From the NCBI RefSeq assembly GCF_024223415.1, contig NZ_CP100500.1: a DNA stretch of 64,000 bases; one strand, given 5' to 3'. Under the pieces are notes generated by a model. It worked only from the letters and a program-made list of their open reading frames with translations. It was not told the DNA's origin and did not search any database. Origin of the DNA: Escherichia coli (GTDB lineage Bacteria > Pseudomonadota > Gammaproteobacteria > Enterobacterales > Enterobacteriaceae). This document shows, piece after piece, positions 16,272-27,491 of the stretch (its first letter is position 1; the number at the start of each line of letters is the position of its first letter). The position numbers and the translations under genes are program-made.

Positions 16272-16601
16272 ATGAGCAATCTGAATCCATGCATGACGTG
16301 TGGTGCCTGTTGTGCATTTTTCCGCGTCTCTTTTTACTGGGCCGAAGCCGACGATGCTGGCGGCACTATTCCCGCCAGGCTCACTGAACAAATATCCCCT
16401 TTTCACCGATGCATGAGCGGAACTAATCAGAAAAACCCCCGATGTATTGCCCTTGCAGGAACCCCGGGCAAAAATGCCTGCTGCACGATATATAAAAATC
16501 GATCGTCCACATGCAGAGAATTCGCCATGTCTGGTGAGAACGGAGTCGTCAATGAGGCTTGCAATCGTGCAAGGGCTAAATACGGGCTGACACCGTTATA
16601 A
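16272..16601 (+). CDS. ykgJ: cysteine-rich YkgJ-family protein (putative metal-binding)
   Basis: 109-aa ORF with CxxCxxCC motif ([11 protein letters not shown]); position matches K-12 order as recalled. Confidence 0.8.
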
Positions 16602-16624
16602 ACATACAATAATTAATTGCACTG

Positions 16625-16656
16625 CCCCGCCAGCGATAATAGCGGGGCTTCGTTTT
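16625..16656 (+). terminator. rho-independent terminator after ykgJ
   Basis: Hairpin CCCCGC-N-GCGGGG followed by a T-rich run, directly after the ykgJ stop. Confidence 0.55.
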
Positions 16657-16847
16657 CAGGGACAACAAAACCCGATACTTCTTCTATTTGCCAGCAACAA
16701 TGCCTCTCTTCTGTAGCGTTCTTCGGATCTACATCATCCTGAAGTGGCACGATATACTCACTGGCTATCTGCATCAGAATATAAAAAGCAATGTTTTTAA
16801 CCTATAAAAATGGCGCTGTATTTGCGCCATTTTTATCATTCAATGCA

Positions 16848-17462
16848 TTATCTGTTTGAGCCTAAAGGGATCTCAGGATCTGGCTCATGAGTAATTCTGT
16901 TTCGTAAATCTCTGCGAATAATTTCAATAGACCAGAACCAGACTAAATGTCCAAAAATTTCAGAGACATTCTCATACCACGGAAGATCAAACAGAGGTGG
17001 TGTCAGTCCCATGAGAGGGAATGAAATCATATGAACAAAAAGTTGGGCTAAAGCACCTGCCAGTAAGCCCTGCCAGAGTTTAATTTTTGGAAATACTTCA
17101 GCGACCACACAATAACCGACAGCAAACACTATCGAAAAGATAATGTGCGTAACACCAACCCAGTTAAAGACATGCCCGGCAAAGGTATAAACAGCCGCAT
17201 TGGGATCTGTCAGCCCCAGCCAGTCTCGAAGAAAAATATACGGAGGATTGAGAAAATTACGCGAGCAATCAATTTGCCCAGCAGCCCTGATTAATGATTC
17301 CGGGCCACACGCTGCATTAAACATATCCACCGGGCTACGTGGCGGCAATGGAACTTCAGCCCCCCACTTCACAAATGCGGAAACAACGCCAGCAATCAGC
17401 CCAATGAATGCAGCAAGACCATAACGTCTGCGGTTCGGTGGAGTTTGTTCAAATATATTCAT
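16848..17462 (-). CDS. yagU: inner-membrane protein YagU (DUF1440)
   Basis: 204-aa ORF with several hydrophobic helices; position between ykgJ and paoA. Confidence 0.8.
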
Positions 17463-17878
17463 ATCTACCCTGCTTGTACCATTATGTTATACACCTCTTT
17501 AGGAGTATTCATAAAACAAGGAAAATGTAAAGAACCGTATTGTTTTGTATAACAAGATGGTTGTCTAATCGCCAAAGAATATAAGCACCATCATTTCTCC
17601 CTATTTTTATATTAGAAGTGACATAGATTTGCAGGGTGATGCAGAGCTGACAATCACAGGTTTCCTTATCGGTTTTTGCATCGTACAACTCAAGCAATAA
17701 ACCAGCTCCCATCATCATCAACATCCCGGCGAACATGAATTTATTAGCCGGGCTCATAGCTGCATTCGCGTTTTAAGAATAATCCTCCTGCTGTCGCCGA
17801 CTATGCTTAACGTTTAAAAAAGCATCAGCACTCTCGCAACGCACTCTTATTTTCCCTTTAGAATACCGGAGGCCTGGT

Positions 17879-18568
17879 ATGAGCAACCAAGGCGAATACC
17901 CCGAAGATAATCGGGTTGGGAAGCACGAGCCGCACGATTTCAGTTTGACCCGTCGCGATCTGATTAAAGTGAGCGCCGCAACGGCGGCGACCGCCGTGGT
18001 TTATCCTCATTCTACGCTTGCGGCAAGCGTTCCGGCAGCTACACCCGCGCCAGAGATAATGCCCCTGACACTTAAGGTGAACGGCAAAACCGAGCAGCTT
18101 GAGGTGGATACCCGAACCACGCTACTGGACGCTTTGCGTGAAAATCTGCATTTGATCGGTACCAAGAAAGGTTGCGATCACGGACAGTGCGGAGCCTGTA
18201 CCGTGCTGGTCAATGGTCGCAGGCTTAATGCCTGCCTGACGCTTGCAGTCATGCATCAGGGGGCCGAGATCACCACCATTGAAGGCCTGGGTTCACCAGA
18301 TAATCTTCACCCCATGCAGGCGGCCTTTATCAAGCATGATGGCTTCCAGTGCGGCTACTGCACCTCCGGGCAAATTTGCTCATCAGTAGCGGTGCTAAAA
18401 GAGATTCAGGACGGCATTCCCAGTCACGTCACGGTCGATTTGGTTTCCCCTCCAGAAACAACTGCCGATGAGATCCGTGAACGTATGAGCGGCAACATCT
18501 GTCGCTGTGGTGCATACGCTAACATCCTTGCCGCCATTGAAGACGCTGCGGGGGAGATAAAATCATGA
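17879..18568 (+). CDS. paoA: periplasmic aldehyde oxidoreductase, 2Fe-2S subunit
   Basis: 229-aa ORF with twin-arginine signal ([16 protein letters not shown]) and two 2Fe-2S cysteine clusters ([11 protein letters not shown]; CGYCTSGQ). Confidence 0.9.
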   Translation: MSNQGEYPEDNRVGKHEPHDFSLTRRDLIKVSAATAATAVVYPHSTLAASVPAATPAPEIMPLTLKVNGKTEQLEVDTRTTLLDALRENLHLIGTKKGCDHGQCGACTVLVNGRRLNACLTLAVMHQGAEITTIEGLGSPDNLHPMQAAFIKHDGFQCGYCTSGQICSSVAVLKEIQDGIPSHVTVDLVSPPETTADEIRERMSGNICRCGAYANILAAIEDAAGEIKS

Positions 18569-19521
18569 AGGCGTTTACCTATGAACGAGTGAACACCCCC
18601 GCCGAGGCGGCACTTAGCGCTCAGCGCGTACCCGGCGCAAAATTTATCGCGGGCGGGACCAATCTGCTGGACCTGATGAAGCTGGAAATTGAAACGCCCA
18701 CCCACCTTATCGATGTGAACGGGCTCGGGCTCGATAAGATCGAAGTGACCGACGCGGGTGGGCTGCGCATCGGCGCACTGGTACGGAACACCGACCTGGC
18801 GGCTCACGAGCGCGTGCGTCGTGATTACGCGGTACTCTCCCGCGCCCTGCTCGCTGGCGCGTCTGGTCAGTTACGCAATCAGGCAACCACAGCAGGTAAT
18901 CTGCTCCAGCGCACGCGCTGCCCCTATTTTTACGACACCAATCAGCCCTGCAATAAGCGCCTGCCCGGGAGCGGCTGCGCGGCGCTTGAAGGCTTTAGCC
19001 GTCAGCACGCGGTGGTAGGCGTAAGCGAAGCCTGCATTGCCACCCATCCGAGCGATATGGCGGTCGCAATGCGGTTGCTGGATGCGGTGGTGGAAACCAT
19101 CACGCCGGAGGGAAAGACTCGCAGTATCACACTGGCTGATTTTTATCACCCACCGGGGAAAACGCCGCACATTGAAACCGCCCTGCTTCCCGGTGAGCTT
19201 ATCGTTGCGGTGACGTTACCTCCGCCGCTCGGCGGAAAACATATCTACCGTAAGGTGCGCGATCGCGCCTCCTACGCCTTTGCCCTGGTATCGGTCGCGG
19301 CGATTATTCAGCCTGACGGCAGCGGGCGCGTCGCGCTGGGCGGAGTAGCACATAAGCCCTGGCGCATTGAGGCTGCGGATGCTCAGCTATCCCAGGGGGC
19401 ACAGGCCGTGTATGACGCGCTGTTCGCCAGCGCCCATCCCACCGCTGAAAACACCTTTAAACTCCTGTTGGCGAAGCGAACGCTTGCCTCCGTACTGGCT
19501 GAAGCGAGGGCACAGGCATGA
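18565..19521 (+). CDS. paoB: periplasmic aldehyde oxidoreductase, FAD-binding subunit
   Basis: 318-aa ORF; start overlaps the paoA stop, indicating translational coupling. Confidence 0.9.
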   Translation: MKAFTYERVNTPAEAALSAQRVPGAKFIAGGTNLLDLMKLEIETPTHLIDVNGLGLDKIEVTDAGGLRIGALVRNTDLAAHERVRRDYAVLSRALLAGASGQLRNQATTAGNLLQRTRCPYFYDTNQPCNKRLPGSGCAALEGFSRQHAVVGVSEACIATHPSDMAVAMRLLDAVVETITPEGKTRSITLADFYHPPGKTPHIETALLPGELIVAVTLPPPLGGKHIYRKVRDRASYAFALVSVAAIIQPDGSGRVALGGVAHKPWRIEAADAQLSQGAQAVYDALFASAHPTAENTFKLLLAKRTLASVLAEARAQA

Positions 19522-21716
19522 AATTTGATAAACCCGCAGGGGAAAACCCGATCGATCAGCTGAAGGTTGTCGGTCGTCCCCATGACCGCATCGACGGACC
19601 GCTGAAAACTACCGGCACGGCACGCTACGCCTACGAATGGTTTGAAGAAGCTCCCAACGCCGCCTATGGCTATATCGTCGGTTCCGCCATTGCCAAAGGA
19701 CGCCTCACCGCCCTTGATACGGACGCCGCGCAAAAAGCGCCGGGCGTACTGGCTGTCATTACCGCCAGTAACGCCGGGGCACTCGGCAAAGGCGACAAAA
19801 ACACCGCCAGGCTGTTAGGCGGCCCCACTATTGAGCACTATCATCAGGCCATTGCGCTGGTAGTGGCCGAGACCTTCGAACAGGCACGAGCGGCGGCCTC
19901 GCTGGTGCAGGCGCACTATCGCCGTAATAAAGGAGCTTACTCCCTGGCGGACGAAAAACAGGCCGTCAGTCAGCCGCCGGAAGACACGCCCGACAAAAAC
20001 GTCGGTGACTTTGACGGGGCTTTCTCCTCCGCTGCGGTGAAGATTGATGCTACCTACACGACCCCGGACCAGAGCCATATGGCGATGGAGCCGCATGCCT
20101 CGATGGCCGTCTGGGATGGAAATAAGCTTACTCTCTGGACCTCAAATCAGATGATTGACTGGTGCCGCACCGATCTGGCAAAAACGCTGAAAGTGCCCGT
20201 GGAGAATGTGCGTATTATCTCCCCGTATATCGGCGGAGGGTTTGGCGGCAAGCTCTTCCTGAGAAGCGATGCGCTGCTGGCAGCCCTCGCCGCCCGAGCG
20301 GTGAAACGTCCGGTTAAAGTGATGCTCCCCCGCCCCACTATTCCCAATAACACCACGCACCGCCCCGCAACCCTTCAGCATCTGCGTATCGGTGCTGACC
20401 AGAGCGGGAAAATCACCGCTATCTCACATGAAAGCTGGTCCGGAAACCTGCCCGGCGGCACGCCGGAAACGGCGGTACAGCAAAGCGAATTACTCTACGC
20501 AGGGGCAAACCGTCATACCGGCCTGCGGCTCGCCACGCTTGATTTGCCGGAAGGGAATGCCATGCGTGCGCCCGGCGAAGCCCCCGGTCTGATGGCGCTC
20601 GAAATCGCGATCGACGAACTGGCGGAAAAAGTGGGCATCGATCCCGTCGAGTTTCGCATCCTGAATGACACTCAGGTTGACCCCGTCGACCCGACGCGCC
20701 GCTTCTCTCGCCGTCAGCTTATCGAGTGCTTGCGCACCGGAGCGGATAAATTTGGCTGGAAGCAGCGCAACGCCACACCCGGACAGGTGCGCGACGGGGA
20801 GTGGCTAGTCGGCCACGGCGTCGCGGCGGGCTTTCGCAATAATCTGCTGGAAAAATCGGGGGCTCGGGTTCACCTCGAACCAAACGGCACCGTTACCGTG
20901 GAAACGGACATGACCGACATTGGCACCGGCAGCTACACCATTCTGGCCCAGACGGCAGCGGAAATGCTTGGCGTACCGCTGGAGCAGGTTGCGGTTCACC
21001 TCGGCGATTCCAGTTTCCCGGTTTCTGCGGGTTCTGGTGGACAATGGGGCGCGAATACCTCCACCTCCGGCGTTTACGCCGCCTGTGTGAAGCTTCGCGA
21101 AATGATTGCCTCGGCAGTCGGGTTTGATCCTGAGCAGTCGCAGTTTGCCGACGGCAAGATTACCAACGGTACCCGAAGCGCCATGCTAAATGAGGCCACC
21201 GCAGGCGGCAGACTGACAGCGGAAGAGAGCATTGAATTCGGAACACTGAGCAAGGAGTACCAGCAGTCGACCTTTGCCGGGCATTTTGTGGAGGTCGGCG
21301 TGCATAGCGCGACGGGAGAAGTTCGGGTCCGGCGTATGCTCGCTGTGTGTGCTGCAGGACGCATCCTGAATCCGAAAACTGCACGCAGCCAGGTCATTGG
21401 CGCAATGACTATGGGCATGGGCGCGGCACTGATGGAGGAGCTGGCGGTGGATGACCGTTTGGGCTACTTCGTTAATCACGATATGGCGGGGTATGAGGTG
21501 CCGGTCCATGCGGATATCCCAAAACAGGAGGTGATTTTCCTGGATGATACCGACCCCATATCCTCCCCGATGAAGGCCAAAGGTGTCGGTGAGCTGGGCC
21601 TGTGCGGCGTGAGCGCGGCTATCGCCAACGCAGTGTATAACGCCACCGGTATTCGGGTACGCGATTATCCCATCACTCTGGATAAGCTGCTCGATAAGCT
21701 GCCTGATGTGGTTTAA
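19518..21716 (+). CDS. paoC: periplasmic aldehyde oxidoreductase, molybdopterin subunit
   Basis: 732-aa ORF of the xanthine-dehydrogenase large-subunit family; coupled to paoB. Confidence 0.9.
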   Translation: MKFDKPAGENPIDQLKVVGRPHDRIDGPLKTTGTARYAYEWFEEAPNAAYGYIVGSAIAKGRLTALDTDAAQKAPGVLAVITASNAGALGKGDKNTARLLGGPTIEHYHQAIALVVAETFEQARAAASLVQAHYRRNKGAYSLADEKQAVSQPPEDTPDKNVGDFDGAFSSAAVKIDATYTTPDQSHMAMEPHASMAVWDGNKLTLWTSNQMIDWCRTDLAKTLKVPVENVRIISPYIGGGFGGKLFLRSDALLAALAARAVKRPVKVMLPRPTIPNNTTHRPATLQHLRIGADQSGKITAISHESWSGNLPGGTPETAVQQSELLYAGANRHTGLRLATLDLPEGNAMRAPGEAPGLMALEIAIDELAEKVGIDPVEFRILNDTQVDPVDPTRRFSRRQLIECLRTGADKFGWKQRNATPGQVRDGEWLVGHGVAAGFRNNLLEKSGARVHLEPNGTVTVETDMTDIGTGSYTILAQTAAEMLGVPLEQVAVHLGDSSFPVSAGSGGQWGANTSTSGVYAACVKLREMIASAVGFDPEQSQFADGKITNGTRSAMLNEATAGGRLTAEESIEFGTLSKEYQQSTFAGHFVEVGVHSATGEVRVRRMLAVCAAGRILNPKTARSQVIGAMTMGMGAALMEELAVDDRLGYFVNHDMAGYEVPVHADIPKQEVIFLDDTDPISSPMKAKGVGELGLCGVSAAIANAVYNATGIRVRDYPITLDKLLDKLPDVV

Positions 21717-21725
21717 GGAGGAACA

Positions 21726-22682
21726 ATGTCATACCCGCTTTTTGATAAAGACGAACACTGGCATAAGCCAGAGCAGGCGTTTCTCACCGATGACCACCGG
21801 ACCATTCTGCGCTTCGCCGTAGAGGCGCTAATGTCCGGTAAAGGAGCGGTGCTGGTGACGCTGGTGGAGATACGCGGCGGCGCGGCGCGCCCGCTCGGGG
21901 CGCAGATGGTGGTGCGCGAAGATGGTCGTTACTGCGGTTTTGTCTCTGGCGGCTGCGTGGAGGCCGCTGCCGCTTTTGAAGCGCTGGAGATGATGGGCTC
22001 AGGCCGCGATCGCGAAATTCGCTATGGCGAAGGTTCGCCGTGGTTTGACATCGTTCTGCCCTGCGGCGGAGGGATCACGCTGATGCTCCATAAACTACAC
22101 ACGGCACAGCCTCTGCTCGCCGTGCTGAACCGCCTGGAACAGAGAAAACCGGCGGGGCTGCGCTACGATCCGCAAGCACAATCGCTGGTGTGCCTGCCCA
22201 CGCAAACCCGGACGGGCTGGAATCTCAATGGCTTTGAGGTGGGGTTCAGGCCATGCGTCAGGCTGATGATTTACGGACGTTCTCTTGAGGCGCAGGCAAC
22301 CGCGAGTCTTGCAGCAGCCACAGGCTATGACAGCCATATCTTCGATCTTTTTCCGGCCTCAGCCAGCGCTCAGATCGATACCGATACGGCGGTCATTTTG
22401 CTGTGCCATGATCTCAACCGGGAGCTGCCAGTGTTGCAGGCCGCGCGAGAGGCAAAACCCTTTTATCTCGGCGCATTGGGCAGCTATCGAACCCACACTT
22501 TACGTCTGCAAAAGCTCCACGAGCTGGGATGGTCCAGGGAGGAGACAGCGCAAATCCGGGCACCCGTCGGGATATTCCCCAAAGCCCGGGATGCGCATAC
22601 TCTGGCACTCTCCGTGCTGGCAGAAGTCGCCTCTGTACGTCTCCATCAGGAGGAGGATTCATGCCTGCCCCCGTCGTCCTGA
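21726..22682 (+). CDS. paoD: XdhC-like molybdenum-cofactor insertion chaperone
   Basis: 318-aa ORF, last gene of the pao operon. Confidence 0.9.
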   Translation: MSYPLFDKDEHWHKPEQAFLTDDHRTILRFAVEALMSGKGAVLVTLVEIRGGAARPLGAQMVVREDGRYCGFVSGGCVEAAAAFEALEMMGSGRDREIRYGEGSPWFDIVLPCGGGITLMLHKLHTAQPLLAVLNRLEQRKPAGLRYDPQAQSLVCLPTQTRTGWNLNGFEVGFRPCVRLMIYGRSLEAQATASLAAATGYDSHIFDLFPASASAQIDTDTAVILLCHDLNRELPVLQAAREAKPFYLGALGSYRTHTLRLQKLHELGWSREETAQIRAPVGIFPKARDAHTLALSVLAEVASVRLHQEEDSCLPPSS

Positions 22683-22741
22683 TCCTTGCGGCCGGGCGTG
22701 GAAAGCGCTTTCTCACCTGCGGGGGAAATACCATAAATTAA
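22661..22741 (+). pseudogene. truncated nucleotidyltransferase (MobA/MocA-like) stub, 26 codons
   Basis: ATG with GGAGGAGG ribosome-binding site overlapping the paoD 3' end; encodes MPAPVVLILAAGRGKRF..., the N-terminal nucleotide-binding motif of MobA-like transferases, then stops after 26 codons. Confidence 0.5.
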
Positions 22742-22860
22742 GAGAAAAATCTGCAGTAGCCGTTTTAGAAAATCACCTAAATCGTTTAAAAGAGCGCCCT
22801 ACCCATAGTGGTTGCTCATCGCCTTGTGTAACTTATTCAGCAACGCGCGCCCTCGCCGGA

Positions 22861-24054
22861 CTAAAGCGCACCGGCCTTCTGGCGTGCGGTAACAAAGGTC
22901 AGTACGCCCGCGCAAAGGAGCAGCACACTACTCATGGCAAACGTACTCTGCCAGCCAAGGCGGTCAAACACGATGCCTCCTGCCGTTGATCCAAGGGCGA
23001 TTGAGAGCTGAATCACCGCGACCATGAGCCCGCCTCCGGCTTCGGCGTTGTCAGGCAACGTACGCGCAATCCATGTCCACCATCCGGTTGGCGCGGCGGT
23101 GGCCAGCATGCCCCAGAGTCCTAACAGCAGCGAGACCGTCCAGACGTGATGCCCGGTAAGCATCAGACCGATGGCAATGACGGCCATCAGTCCGGGTATG
23201 GCCATCAGCGTGGGGTAGAATTTTCTGTTGAGAAATGTCGAAACAACCAGCGTGCCAATAAAACCGGCCACGCCGATAATCAGCAAAATCAACGACAAGC
23301 CTAAGGAATTAACCCGTGTCACCGACTCCAGAAATGGGCGCACATAGGTGAATAGCGCAAACTGCCCCATGAAAAACAGGCCACAAGCTATCATGCCGAC
23401 CACGACCATGCGGCGGCTAAATAAGCGGAATACCGCGCCAAATGACGCGTGGCTTTTATTCGCATCCATGCTGGGCAGACTAATACACTGCCAGATAAAG
23501 GCGACAACCGCGATAGGCACCAGGCACAAGAAAGCGCCTCGCCATCCGACCGTAGCCCCCAGATAGCTTCCCAGCGGTGCGGCCACGACCGTTGCCAGCG
23601 CATTACCGGCGTTGAAAATCGCCAGCGCACGCGTGACCTGATGCTGCGGCACCAGACGAATCGCCGTTGCCGCTGACATCGACCAGAATCCGCCAATGGC
23701 CACACCAATCATCGCACGACCGACCATATACATCAGATAATTGGAAGCCAGCGCAATAATAAGCCCCGATACGGCCATCAGAACCGTCATCCCCAGCAGC
23801 AGGAACTTACGATTCATCTTTCCAGCTAGCGTTGAAAGCGTCAGGCTGGTCAGAACCGCCAGCGCGCCGGAGATAGCAATCCCCTGCCCTGCAAGCCCCT
23901 CCGTCACGCCTAAATCGCGGGTAATCGGCGTGAGCAGGCTGACGGGCATAAATTCAGAAGCAATCAGCACAAACACGCACAGGGTCATGGCAAAAATACC
24001 GCCCCAGTATGCGCGCTGATGATGAGGTGATGGTGTTTGGCTTAGTGTCGACAT
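22861..24054 (-). CDS. MFS transporter (12 predicted helices)
   Basis: 397-aa hydrophobic ORF with major-facilitator-type loop motifs. Confidence 0.85.
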   Translation of the reverse strand: MSTLSQTPSPHHQRAYWGGIFAMTLCVFVLIASEFMPVSLLTPITRDLGVTEGLAGQGIAISGALAVLTSLTLSTLAGKMNRKFLLLGMTVLMAVSGLIIALASNYLMYMVGRAMIGVAIGGFWSMSAATAIRLVPQHQVTRALAIFNAGNALATVVAAPLGSYLGATVGWRGAFLCLVPIAVVAFIWQCISLPSMDANKSHASFGAVFRLFSRRMVVVGMIACGLFFMGQFALFTYVRPFLESVTRVNSLGLSLILLIIGVAGFIGTLVVSTFLNRKFYPTLMAIPGLMAVIAIGLMLTGHHVWTVSLLLGLWGMLATAAPTGWWTWIARTLPDNAEAGGGLMVAVIQLSIALGSTAGGIVFDRLGWQSTFAMSSVLLLCAGVLTFVTARQKAGAL

Positions 24055-24129
24055 AGTGAAATTTCACAAAGATCAGGATAAAAGCCACCAGCCTATGGCC
24101 GGTGGCTTTGCATCAATTCAGGAGAGGTT

Positions 24130-25266
24130 TTATTTCAGTTTGGTCTGGAAAAATTGTTCGAACTTTGCGAAAGGTATTTTTCCGGCCACGTTATCGTACA
24201 GGTCCACGTGATTTGCCCCTGGTACCACTACCAGCTCTTTGTCGTTACTGCCAACCGCCTTGTAAGCATCTTCAGCAAAATAGCGTGAATGCGCTTTCTC
24301 ACCGGTCACAATCAGCGTCGGGATGGTGATTTCACTGGCGTAGCTCAACAGCGGCATATTCATAAATGACAGCGGCATCGTTGCCGTCCACGCCCCGGTA
24401 GAGTTAACGGAACGTTCGTGGAAGCCGCGCGGCATGCGATAGTAGTCAAAGAACTCTTTCAGTACCGGATGAGGATTTGCCGGCAGCGTTTCTGGCAGAA
24501 TACGCTCGCCCGCACTGACCTTGCCGTTGCTATCGACATTAATATCATGACCACCGTGAGCGAACGTTCCGCTCTGCGCATCCTTCCAGCGCTGTTCATT
24601 CAGATATTGCAGAACAGCACGACGGTCGGCGGTAGAATAACGGTCTTCGCCATCCCCCACACCATGGCCCATCGCCCGGCTCATGTCATACATCACGCTG
24701 GTAGCAACCGCTTTAACGCGGGTATCCATCGCCGCGTCGTTCAGCGCCATGCCGCCCCAGCCACAAATACCGAGCAGCCCGATACGGTTGCGATCTACCT
24801 CTTTTTGCAGCCCTAAGAAATCCACCGCCGCGCTGAAATCTTCAGTGTTGATATCCGGTGAGGCGACGTTTCGCGGATAGCCGCCGCTTTCCCCGGTGTA
24901 AGAAGGATCGAACGCCAGGGTAACAAACCCTCGTTCCGACAGCGTCTGCGCATACAAGCCGCTGGATTGCTCTTTCACCGCGCCAAATGGCCCACTGACC
25001 GCAATCGCCGCCAGCTTGCGATCGCCACGGTCTTTAGGCAGGTAAAGATCGCCCACTAAGGTGATGCCATATCGGTTCGGGAACGATACTTTACGATGAT
25101 CGACTTTCTGGCTCTCGGCGAACGTTTTATCCCATTTATCTGTCATGGACACAGGGGCATTAGGATTGGTTGAATCAGCATAACTCATTGTCGTGACTCC
25201 ACTTAATGATGCGAAAAGCAGCATGGCCGGCATCGCGGTTTTTAGCGTTCGGGTGAAGGCTTTCAT
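24130..25266 (-). CDS. secreted alpha/beta hydrolase (dienelactone-hydrolase-like)
   Basis: Start at the ATG with GGGGA ribosome-binding site (MKAFTRTLKTAMPAMLLFASLSGVTTMSYA signal peptide); IGLLGICGWGG and KELVVVPGANHVDLYD motifs; homologous to the ORF at 4444-5364. Confidence 0.8.
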   Translation of the reverse strand: MKAFTRTLKTAMPAMLLFASLSGVTTMSYADSTNPNAPVSMTDKWDKTFAESQKVDHRKVSFPNRYGITLVGDLYLPKDRGDRKLAAIAVSGPFGAVKEQSSGLYAQTLSERGFVTLAFDPSYTGESGGYPRNVASPDINTEDFSAAVDFLGLQKEVDRNRIGLLGICGWGGMALNDAAMDTRVKAVATSVMYDMSRAMGHGVGDGEDRYSTADRRAVLQYLNEQRWKDAQSGTFAHGGHDINVDSNGKVSAGERILPETLPANPHPVLKEFFDYYRMPRGFHERSVNSTGAWTATMPLSFMNMPLLSYASEITIPTLIVTGEKAHSRYFAEDAYKAVGSNDKELVVVPGANHVDLYDNVAGKIPFAKFEQFFQTKLK

Positions 25267-25452
25267 AAAAATCCCCATAAAAAACAACAGAGAGATACAG
25301 GTTTCCGACGGACAACGCTGCGGTGCTTTACTTTGATGGGGTCATTATAGTGAGCAGAATTAGTGCTGATTAGGGGGCGATTAATGCTAAGATTAATACC
25401 ATATTGTTATAAATTAATGCGAAGATTGCCGGCATGAAGGGGGGATGTTTCA

Positions 25453-26337
25453 ATGGCGAAAAGGGAGAACTACAACGAGCTGTACCTGTTTATGCAGGTG
25501 GTGCGAGAAGGCAGCTTTACCGCAGCGGCTCAGCGGCTGGGTCTTGCTCAGTCAGGAGTCAGCCGTTCTGTTCGCGAGCTTGAAGAAAGGCTGGGCGTCC
25601 AGCTGCTGGTGCGCACCACGCGTAAACTGTCGCTGACGCAAGCAGGCGAGCAGCTCTACCAGAAGACGGCATCTGGATTTGAAATGTTAGATCTTGGGCT
25701 TGCCACGCTGGCGCACTATCGAGAGACGCCCTCCGGCACGGTGCGTATCAATGCCAGCCAGCACGCGATTGATAAATGCCTGCTGCCAAAGCTGGCGGTA
25801 TTTAAACAGCGATATCCTGATATCCGGCTTGAACTGATAAATGAGAGCCGGTTCGTCGATATCATCGAGGAAAGATTCGATGCAGGTGTCCGCCTGGGGC
25901 CTGAAGTCGGCCAGGGCATGGTCGCGGTACGCATCACGCCCGATATGGAGATGGCAATTGTGGGGACTCCGGAACATTTTCGTCGCTATGGTTTTCCGCA
26001 AACTCCGGCGGATTTAAAGGCGCATCCCTGTATCGCCTATCAGTTTGCCGACGGCAGCGTATACCAGTGGGAACTCAATCAGGATGATAAAAAAATCACT
26101 CATCGCCCTGAAGGGCAATGGGCCCTATCCGACAGCTATATGGAAGCAGAAGCCGCCCGGCTGGGCCTCGGATTGGCCTATGTTCCTGTTGAACTGGTCG
26201 CGGATGATTTAGAACACGGTAAGCTTATCAGAGTGTTGCAGCGTTACAGCCTGCGAATGGAGGGATTGTTTCTCTATTACCCTCATCGCAACGTCTCCCC
26301 CGCTCTGCGGATGGTCATTGATACATTGAAAATCTGA
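25453..26337 (+). CDS. LysR-family transcriptional regulator
   Basis: 294-aa ORF with LysR helix-turn-helix; divergent from the secreted hydrolase gene. Confidence 0.85.
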   Translation: MAKRENYNELYLFMQVVREGSFTAAAQRLGLAQSGVSRSVRELEERLGVQLLVRTTRKLSLTQAGEQLYQKTASGFEMLDLGLATLAHYRETPSGTVRINASQHAIDKCLLPKLAVFKQRYPDIRLELINESRFVDIIEERFDAGVRLGPEVGQGMVAVRITPDMEMAIVGTPEHFRRYGFPQTPADLKAHPCIAYQFADGSVYQWELNQDDKKITHRPEGQWALSDSYMEAEAARLGLGLAYVPVELVADDLEHGKLIRVLQRYSLRMEGLFLYYPHRNVSPALRMVIDTLKI

Positions 26338-26562
26338 ACGTTAACAACGACCGACTCTTCACTGTGCAATATTGTGTCAGGTAGTCACTCTGCGTTCAAT
26401 TCCAGGGGCCGCTTTGAGCGAGAAAGAGCGGACTTATCTGTACAAGGGGACTATCCAGCAATGGAGATCACCCAAAAGAAAAAACTACCTGGCTCCCTCA
26501 ACAACCTTCATCCGGGAATTTAGCCTCAATCAACATTTTTATATCTGTCAGGTTACTTCATT

Positions 26563-26836
26563 ATGAAAACCGATCAATATCGTTGTTTTTGTTGTAATAA
26601 TAGAATACGCGTATTTATTCCTCCATTTCTATTAATAACGGCCATAAACTGTTCACTTCACTGATATTTAAAATATGCATCCTTTTCCTGCTTTTCAAGT
26701 TGTTCAGCGGCGTAAGAAAACGTATTAAATATGAATTCGACGATTTAACCATTTCTGTCTGATTGGTAATCATCTGTGATTAATGCTGGTCTATTGATTA
26801 CGCCAGCATTAACCGCTTAGGGATGTATTCTTCCTG
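26563..26836 (+). repeat. degenerate copy of the ykgR region and the ykgO-downstream hairpin element
   Basis: 26576-26683 is about 93 percent identical to 7266-7373 (3' half of ykgR plus flank); 26734-26836 is about 75-80 percent identical by eye to 8087-8189. The ykgM-ykgO module between them in copy 1 is absent here. Confidence 0.7.
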
Positions 26837-27047
26837 ATCATATACAGCCCTCGAAAAAGAGAGAAAATAAAACTGTGTCCAATATTACTCTACCACTCCA
26901 GACCGAAGCATCGGTAGAATTAGCAGAACGACTGGTACAATAGATTGGGATAGCGTCATTTGTCAGGTATTCCATTGCCTGACAAATGACAATTTTGAGT
27001 CAATAGACGTGCTTCTTGATCATGTCTTAAAAATTATACCATGAGCC

Positions 27048-27326
27048 TTATGAAGCATCATTTTTACTGACTGGTGTTAACTTTGCTATCATATAAACTC
27101 TGTTCTTAAAAAACGCGCCCAGAATTTTATATGATTTCCCTTGTTTTTCTGCCTGTAAAGAAATTTCTTTTTCAGTGCTGTTAATGGTTGAACCGACGGC
27201 AGTAATCGTTTTGGCGACGCTACTGAATGATAATAAAGACAGTGCAACCACAACAATTAAAGAACAGATAGTATTCACGCTAATTCTCCTGACAATTGAG
27301 AGGATGAGTTTTATATATAAAGGCAT
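27048..27326 (-). CDS. small secreted protein, possibly DUF1471 (YhcN/BhsA-like)
   Basis: 92-aa ORF with hydrophobic leader (ICSLIVVVALSLLSFSSVA) and a short mature domain with KQGKSYKILG resembling DUF1471; start codon uncertain. Confidence 0.4.
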   Translation of the reverse strand: MPLYIKLILSIVRRISVNTICSLIVVVALSLLSFSSVAKTITAVGSTINSTEKEISLQAEKQGKSYKILGAFFKNRVYMIAKLTPVSKNDAS

Positions 27327-27491
27327 TAAACATGAGTCATGTTTACTTCCTGTGAAAATAATCTTTCTGTAATTAAACCTTCATCTCCTTCGGGGTGAGC
27401 AATACATAATGCATCTTGCTATGAAAAACACAGGGATATATAAATCTTCCTTCTGACCTATTTAATAAAACGTGAATGTAAAAGTTATTCT

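Noticed and set aside
22285-22989. 234-aa plus-strand ORF spanning the paoD 3' half, the intergenic region and the MFS gene end
   Set aside because: Out of frame with paoD and antisense to the MFS gene; Arg/Pro-rich low-complexity translation with no independent support.
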